Assembly: GCA_049999805.1 (NCBI GenBank)
Contig: JBNGIO010006345.1
Location: 62,001-82,092 of the forward strand
Length of the DNA stretch: 20,092 bases
Direction of reading: 5' to 3'
Origin: Folioceros fuciformis
Taxonomy: Eukaryota
Shown here: positions 1-5,966 of the stretch, piece by piece
How the letters are laid out: each line of letters begins with the position of its first letter
Numbering within the stretch: the first letter of the stretch is position 1
Notes under the pieces: generated by a model
The model's input: only the letters and a program-made list of their open reading frames with translations
Told to the model about the DNA's origin: nothing
The model's database searches: none
Translations under genes and position numbers: made by a program

Positions 1-321
1 ATGCCTGCACTGCCTGATGCTGCCATCGTATGGCATACTCTGCTCGGTGCTTGTCAAAACTGGAGCAATGTGGAGATCGGACGGTTTGCTTTCGACCAAG
101 CACTGAAGCTACAAGAGAAGGACGCTGCAGCACACGTGTTGATGTCCAATATCTACACAGGCGCTGAGATGTGGGAGGAGGCACAGGAGTTGCAGGCAAG
201 GAGAATAAGCATCGGGGCATGGAAGCAGCCGGGCCAGAGCTGGTGGACAGACACGGACGGCGTGGTGCATAAGTTTCTGGTCGGGGACAAGATGATCCCC
301 CGTGTCTTCAAGCAAGGGTGA
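1..321 (+). CDS. 3' end (end of S2, E1, E2, PG box) of a PLS-class PPR protein; partial, begins upstream of the window; inverted duplicate of 5967-6287
   Basis: Translation shows E1 (VWHTLLGACQNWSNVEIG), E2 (AAAHVLMSNIY) and KQPGQSWWTD. It differs from the C-terminus of the 1047-aa ORF by only two visible substitutions (ARR/AKR, HKF/HRF). The ATG at position 1 is an internal Met. Confidence 0.93.
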   Translation: MPALPDAAIVWHTLLGACQNWSNVEIGRFAFDQALKLQEKDAAAHVLMSNIYTGAEMWEEAQELQARRISIGAWKQPGQSWWTDTDGVVHKFLVGDKMIPRVFKQG

Positions 322-410
322 AGCAGGTCGGGGCACTGGTCAGGGAAGAAATCAGACTCACTGATCTCCAGATGACGAACTGCAAGCAGGAACCCTGTGG
401 AGCCTCGCCA

Positions 411-444
411 CATGCCTGAACACGGCTAGCCGTGCTCAGGCATG
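411..444. repeat. 34-bp near-perfect palindrome with no loop
   Basis: catgcctgaacacggct|agccgtgctcaggcatg, one mismatch (420/435). The mirrored copy is at 5844-5877. Confidence 0.9.
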
Positions 445-1237
445 CAAGAGAGGAACAAGTTTGTAGCACCGTCTTCTGGTGCAGGAGAGCTAACTGCAGC
501 CATATGTTTGCACCGAGCTTAAATGTTGCAGGCGGAGCTCCTGCCAAACATGTTCCACCAAAGCTAGTTATGCTGCAGAATGAAAAGCAATGAACTGTTT
601 ATCTTCACAAGTAAGACAGGCATGCAAGACCTTAGTCAGCTTCGAGGACGATATTGATCAGTGTCATACTTACTGTTGGCGGGAATGAGTATCAAAGGGC
701 AGTTAGGGACAGTTGTATGAATCGAGTAAGGAGGCTATTGTCCTTGTTTTGTAAATATGTAGATCGTGTCTTCTCGTCGAGTTCGGAACCTGAGAAATTT
801 AGTTGGGCGCATGATTTGGAGAAGGGCTAGGGCTACATTTGCGATTGGATAGGAGCTCTGGAATGTTTGCGGAAGTTGCTTGATATGTGTTCTTGATTGC
901 AGTTCGAGCTCCCCTGCGATCGCCATTTTCAACAAGATGAGATGACGAATGAAGATGCAGGGGATAGTATGGATATATGGGCCAGTGCCCATACAGTACT
1001 ACTCTGGGGAGTGATTGTAGTCAAGATGCATGAGCTGTTGTGGCGTGTAAGTATAGAATTACGTTCACTGCACGACGGAGGTAAGAAGTAATTCCAAGGC
1101 AAAGGCAAAGGCAAATGTGTGCGTGGCGAGCAACAGAGACAAAGAGATGAGAGGACAGGTCCGATGTCAGCTAGTGCTCAATTGATGTGCCCGATGAGGG
1201 ACGCGCGGCAAATGAGTCACGTGCTGAACAAGACAGT

Positions 1238-1253
1238 AATAAATGCCTTTATT
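1238..1253. terminator. Candidate bidirectional polyadenylation signal (AATAAA on + at 1238-1243; AATAAA on - at 1253-1248)
   Basis: aataaa-tgcc-tttatt lies between the convergent PPR (+) and secreted-protein (-) genes and is conserved in the other arm at 5380-5395. Confidence 0.4.
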
Positions 1254-1674
1254 GATTGTGTAGCTGGTCCTCAGCGTTTCAGGTGGGTATTCAGAAGAGT
1301 AATCTAGGAGCACTTTTTGTAGCAGTCCCGAGTATAAGACCTACAGCTGCCCCACTGTGTGTCACACTGAGACCCAGAATTAAGGCCTCCCCCACATATG
1401 CGCCAGCTCACTCTCCGTCGTCTACATCGTCCCCAGCAACTCAATGGCCTGCACATGTATGCATACACGACACAAATTTCAACGGAATTGCAGAAAGAAT
1501 GGAACTCATGGCAGCATACAGTTTGCCATTGTCGGCGAGAGCAGCAACAAAAGAACTCAGGCACGGGCGCCAGTATCCAAACCACCGCGTCACTAGCCCA
1601 AGACACGTCCTTCCTCTTCACTATTTGCACATCGACACTGACGTCCTGAGGAATGTGAAACAGAGTACGCACCA

Positions 1675-1763
1675 ACTCCCACACCGACTCCCACATCGAC
1701 GCCCACATCGACGCTCGCATCGACGTTCACGAGCTCGTCGACGCCCCCTACATCAACATCAAC
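1675..1763. repeat. Degenerate 12-bp tandem repeat (gatgtgggagtc-like on - strand; could encode DVGV repeats)
   Basis: actcccacaccg actcccacatcg acgcccacatcg acgctcgcatcg...; longer and more degenerate than the copy at 4912-4956. Confidence 0.8.
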
Positions 1764-1831
1764 CCCGGGGCCGGATAAGACGGCCGGTAAGCCAGCAGAA
1801 CAGACGTGGAGATCAAGCAAATGGAAGTCAA

Positions 1832-2083
1832 TCACAAAGTATGGCAGATATTCGTGCTTCTCAAGCGACATAGAGACATGGCGGCAGGCACAGCACTGGA
1901 AGGCACAAGGGACTGACCGAGCTTACGGCCTGGTCCGAAAGTTTGGACGCTCGCTGGGATACCGCCACTCGCCACGGCAGGCTGTGTGAAGCAGGAAAAC
2001 AGAAGCAGGGCTGCCAAGAGCAGCACCATCAAACTGCGGAAAGCCCTGGGCCTGGAGGCAGCAGTTGTCCCTGATCCAGCCAT
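1832..2083 (-). CDS. Small secreted protein/peptide precursor, copy A (83 aa if unspliced; may be spliced after GPG/GRKL)
   Basis: N-terminal signal peptide (RSLMVLLLAALLLFSCFTQPAVA-S), a GRKL motif, a TATA box about 100 bp upstream and a downstream AATAAA. The 3' exon structure is uncertain. Confidence 0.6.
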   Translation of the reverse strand: MAGSGTTAASRPRAFRSLMVLLLAALLLFSCFTQPAVASGGIPASVQTFGPGRKLGQSLVPSSAVPAAMSLCRLRSTNICHTL

Positions 2084-2180
2084 CTTCGGACGTGACTCTG
2101 AGAGCTTCGATTGAAGTGCCCGAACGACGCGAACTCGGCTGCGGGGACGAGATGATGTAGTCTCGATTGACCCTGGCCTC

Positions 2181-2188
2181 TATATATA
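2181..2188 (-). promoter_or_regulatory. TATA box of secreted-protein gene copy A
   Basis: cctatatatagagg on the - strand, about 100 nt upstream of the ATG at 2083. An ACGT core (ctacgtgcc) lies just upstream. Confidence 0.6.
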
Positions 2189-3559
2189 GGTCATACCCTG
2201 GCACGTAGCTCGATTGCGATCACGGGTAGGCAGCTGGGCAGCATGGGGCCCGCCCTCAGGTTGTAAAAGTGCTGTGCCACTTTGTGAACGCTGCCGAAGA
2301 GTGGTGGATGTAAAACTCGCCATAGCCGGAAATGCGCGAAAATCTGGAGAATCATTGATGTCGGTGGTGAGCTTTGTTGTCACAGTGTAGCGCCTGTGTC
2401 TATGTGGTTCTCCGTTGCAAATTTGTGTGTACGGTATACCATCCACCTTGGGACCCATGGTCGTAATACGATCCACCTTGGGTACCGATGTTGAATTTGT
2501 GGGCATACTGTCAACTTCCAGCGTCCCACGAGAGGCTGCAAGTACCCTTGGCACAACGGTATGCGGGGCGTAGGAACAAACACCTGCCGTCGATCTATGC
2601 ATGTGCTCTGATTGTACTCAAAAAGGAGACAATCAAGTCAGTGTGCGGACGACTGAGGAAGTGCAATTCCTGCTTTGAAACTTATCCCCTTTCTGACTCG
2701 GATGCCCCTGGTGTTCAATACAGTAGCATCCACAAGGGAGTACTGTACCTGCTTGCTGTAGTTTTCAACTCGTCTACATGCCCTCCTTTTAAGTAGAAGG
2801 AGCTGGATATGTACATATATCAAGCAGTAATAAAATGCAGGCATTTAAAAACCGAGGTTTTCCTGGGACCAAGCTACAGTACATATGCAGGCGAAGCTCC
2901 TGTTGAACATTTTCTACCGAACGCAGAGCAACAGAATCCCGGTTACTGTAGGTAGAGAATACCGGGCCCGCCACTTTGATTTCCAGAAGTTCGGGGATCC
3001 CGTGCCGCTTCCTAATGAACTAGTAAAATGTAACCATCTCCGGAATATGTAAACTCCCTTTCCAGAGCTTCTCAAAAGCACATCCAGGCGCTCATACAGT
3101 TGGCGAAGTCAGAATCACCCAATCACACAAAAAGTTGTGATAACTATGTTCCTATCTTCTCCTTTTGGCAATGCGCGTGCTCGGCATGGCTGAGTAAGTA
3201 TGTACTCGCTTTTATTTCTCTCGCTACTGTCGTTGTACGGCGATAAGTTGCTCTGCCCCTTGCAATATCTTTTAGTACACCAGGCCTCACTCTATTGAGC
3301 AAGACCATCTTTGGATCATGAATTAATGCCGGTGTCGTGGAGGCAATCCACAGACTCCAGGCTACAGCCACAGCCTACAGCCTACAGTTTGGTTCACAAC
3401 CTCCGCTAGCAAAAGGTTGTGAACGAGGAGCATGCTCCTGCTCCTGCGTGTCCTGTGTACTGCACCATTGGGATGCGAGCATAATACACGCGCACACATC
3501 TTCACATCCACAGCGCTGTGCGCAGCAGGACCTGTTATCTCTAAACACCTGTTCCGACA

Positions 3560-3895
3560 ATGCAAGAGAGGAACAAGTATGCAGGACAGCCTTGTGGTGC
3601 AAGAGAGCTAACTATATTCATGTTCATGCACCAAGCTTATATGACGCCGGCGGATCACCTGCCAAAAGCGTTCCACCAAAGCTAGATATGCTGCAGTATC
3701 AATGGCAATGAGCTCCCTCTCTCCAGAAGCAAGAGCGGTACGTGGATTTTACCTTCACGGACCGATATTTCTCAGTCTCGTGGCAGGAGTGAGCATGAAA
3801 GGGCACTGAGAGACGCGAGTATGATACAAATCAAGAGACGTGGTGTAAATGTTTTGTGGGCTAGCCTGAGGACTGAGTTAAGGTTCTGATTGGAC
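3560..3895 (+). repeat. Older, diverged third copy of the PPR 3'-flank sequence (similar to about 443-852); possibly decayed antisense PPR sequence
   Basis: Shared blocks: tgcaagagaggaacaagt, gagagctaact, gttccaccaaagctag.tatgctgcag, gcaatga, aaagggca. The - strand translation has PPR-like scraps (VLHTCSSLALSEQ, GCEPN). Similarity fades after about 3825. Confidence 0.7.
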
Positions 3896-4182
3896 AGTAC
3901 ACGCGGAGCATGCACGCGCACATATCCTCACATTGCTGCTATTGCTGTCCTTGTCGACAACAGTTGACTGCATGCCGCTCTGCATTTCGATCTTGCTGCA
4001 TTTGTGTTGAACGCCGTGTGTTCGTATGTGTGCAGACGCTCAAGGCGGCGTCTCGACCGCCGTCTCATGCATAGAACGACGGCAGGTGTTTGTTCCTACG
4101 CCCCGCATACCGTTGTGCCAAGGGTACTTGCAGCCTCTCGTGGGACGCTGGAAGTTGACAGTATGCCCACAAATTCAACATC

Positions 4183-4236
4183 GGTACCCAAGGTGGATCG
4201 TATTACGACCATGGGTCCCAAGGTGGATGGTATACC
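4183..4236. repeat. Two-unit 30-bp-period direct repeat in the upstream region (mirror at about 2433-2486)
   Basis: cccaaggtggat at 4187-4198 and 4217-4228, each followed by .gtat. Confidence 0.7.
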
Positions 4237-4480
4237 GTACACACAAATTTGCAACGGAGAACCACATAGACACAGGCGCTACACTGTGACAACAAAGCTC
4301 ACCACCGACATCAATGATTCTCCAGATTTTCGCGCATTTCCGGCTATGGCGAGTTTTACATCCACCACTCTTCGGCAGCGTTCACAAAGTGGCACAGCAC
4401 TTTTACAACCTGAGGGCGGGCCCCATGCTGCCCAGCTGCCTACCCGTGATCGCAATCGAGCTACGTGCCAGGGTATGACC

Positions 4481-4488
4481 TATATATA
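4481..4488 (+). promoter_or_regulatory. TATA box of secreted-protein gene copy B
   Basis: cctatatatagagg about 100 nt upstream of the ATG at 4586. Confidence 0.6.
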
Positions 4489-4585
4489 GAGGCCAGGGTC
4501 AATCGAGACTACATCATCTCGTCCCCGCAGCCGAGTTCGCGTCGTTCGGGCACTTCAATCGAAGCTCTCAGAGTCACGTCCGAAG

Positions 4586-4837
4586 ATGGCTGGATCAGGG
4601 ACAACTGCTGCCTCCAGGCCCAGGGCTTTCCGCAGTTTGATGGTGCTGCTCTTGGCAGCCCTGCTTCTGTTTTCCTGCTTCACACAGCCTGCCGTGGCGA
4701 GTGGCGGTATCCCAGCGAGCGTCCAAACTTTCGGACCAGGCCGTAAGCTCGGTCAGTCCCTTGTGCCTTCCAGTGCTGTGCCTGCCGCCATGTCTCTATG
4801 TCGCTTGAGAAGCACGAACATCTGCCACACTTTGTGA
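4586..4837 (+). CDS. Small secreted protein/peptide precursor, copy B (83 aa if unspliced; candidate phase-1 donors c|gtaagc at 4743 and g|gtcagt at 4752)
   Basis: ATG context aagATGG, a hydrophobic signal peptide with an AVA-S cleavage-like site, a GRKL motif, an upstream TATA and AATAAA at 5380. Confidence 0.6.
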   Translation: MAGSGTTAASRPRAFRSLMVLLLAALLLFSCFTQPAVASGGIPASVQTFGPGRKLGQSLVPSSAVPAAMSLCRLRSTNICHTL

Positions 4838-4911
4838 CTGACTTCCATTTGCTTGATCTCCACGTCTGTTGAGCTCGCTTAGTGGCCGGCGTATTATCCG
4901 GCTCCGGGGTT

Positions 4912-4956
4912 GATGTGGAAGCAGATGTGGGAGTCGATGTGGGAGTCGATGTGGGA
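4912..4956. repeat. 12-bp tandem repeat (gatgtgggagtc), about 4 units
   Basis: gatgtggaagca gatgtgggagtc gatgtgggagtc gatgtggga. Confidence 0.85.
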
Positions 4957-5379
4957 CCTGGTGCGTACTCTGTTTCACATTCCTCAGGACGTCAGTGTTG
5001 ATGTGCAAATAATGAAGAGGAAGGACGTGTCTTGGGCTAGTGACGCGGTGGTTTGGATACTGGCGCCCGTGCCCGACTTCTTCTGTTGCTGCTCTCGCCG
5101 ACAATGGCAAACTGTATGCTGCCATGAGTTCCATTCTTTCTGCAATTCCGTTGAAATTTGTGTCGTGTATGCATACATGTGCAGGCCGTTGAGTTGCTGG
5201 GGACGATGTAGACGGCGGAGAGTGAGCTGGCGCATATGTGGGGGAGGCCTTAATTCTGGGTCTCAGTGTGACACACAGTGGGGCAGCTATAGGTCTAATA
5301 CTCGGGACTGCTACAAAAGGTGCTCCTAGATTACTCTTCTGAATAATCACCTGAAACGCTGAGGACCAGCTACACAATC

Positions 5380-5395
5380 AATAAAGGCATTTATT
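5380..5395. terminator. Candidate bidirectional polyadenylation signal, right-arm copy
   Basis: aataaa-ggca-tttatt between the convergent secreted-protein (+) and PPR (-) genes. Confidence 0.4.
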
Positions 5396-5843
5396 ACTGT
5401 CTTGTTCAGCACGTGACTCATACATTCCAGAGCTCCTATCCAATCGCAAATGTAGCCCTAGCCCTTCTCCAAATCATGCCCCCGACTAAATTTCTCAGGT
5501 TCCGAACTCGACGAGAAGGCACGATCTACATATTTACAAAACAAGGACAATAGCCTCCTTACTCGATTCATACAAGTGTCCCTAACTGCCCTTTCATACT
5601 CATTCCCGCCAAGAGTAAGTATGACATTGAACAATATCGTCCTCGAAGCTAACTAAGGTCTTGCATGCCTGTCTTACTTGTGAAGATAAAAAGTTCATTA
5701 CCGTTCATTCTGCAGCATAACTAACTTTGGTGGAACATGTCTGGCAGAAGCTCCGCCTGCAACATTTAAGCTCGGTGCAAAAATATGGCTGCAGTTAGCT
5801 CTCCTGCACCAGAAGACGATGCTACAAACTTGTTCCTCTCTTG

Positions 5844-5877
5844 CATGCCTGAGCACGGCTAGCCGTGTTCAGGCATG
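5844..5877. repeat. 34-bp near-perfect palindrome (mirror of 411-444)
   Basis: catgcctgagcacggct|agccgtgttcaggcatg. Confidence 0.9.
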
Positions 5878-5966
5878 TGGCGAGGCTCCTCAGGGTTCCT
5901 GCTTGCAGTTCGTCATCTGGAGATCAGTGAGTCTGATTTCTTCCCTGACCAGTGCCCCGACCTGCT

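Larger units (their letters stand above)
1..2603. repeat. Left arm of a large inverted duplication (continues beyond window start)
   Basis: Reverse complement of 4066-6287. Registers: 1-866 pairs with 6287-5422; 1212 pairs with 5421; 2603 pairs with 4066. The offsets are explained by a 345-bp and a net 36-bp indel. ORF translations are mirrored on both arms. Confidence 0.97.

Noticed and set aside
322-600. Frameshifted continuation of a DYW domain after the PPR stop
   Set aside because: No HxEK, KNLRxCxDCH or terminal DYW/GRP/DRH-like motif was found in the + frames examined.
1256-1873. 205-aa + strand ORF with His/Arg-rich tract (mirror 4796-5377)
   Set aside because: Non-ATG start, antisense to the better supported secreted-protein gene, and the low-complexity part is just the 12-bp repeat read in another frame.
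2180-2602. 140-aa ORF (mirror 4004-4489) identical in both arms
   Set aside because: Identity only reflects the identical DNA block. It has no recognisable domain and overlaps the promoter and TATA region.
4168-4249. 8-bp direct repeat cacaaatt flanking a 66-bp segment (hAT-like footprint)
   Set aside because: No terminal inverted repeats inside; consistent with chance or local degenerate duplication.
4912-4956. Short regular repeats as a CRISPR-like array
   Set aside because: Head-to-tail 12-mers without unique spacers, in a eukaryotic context.
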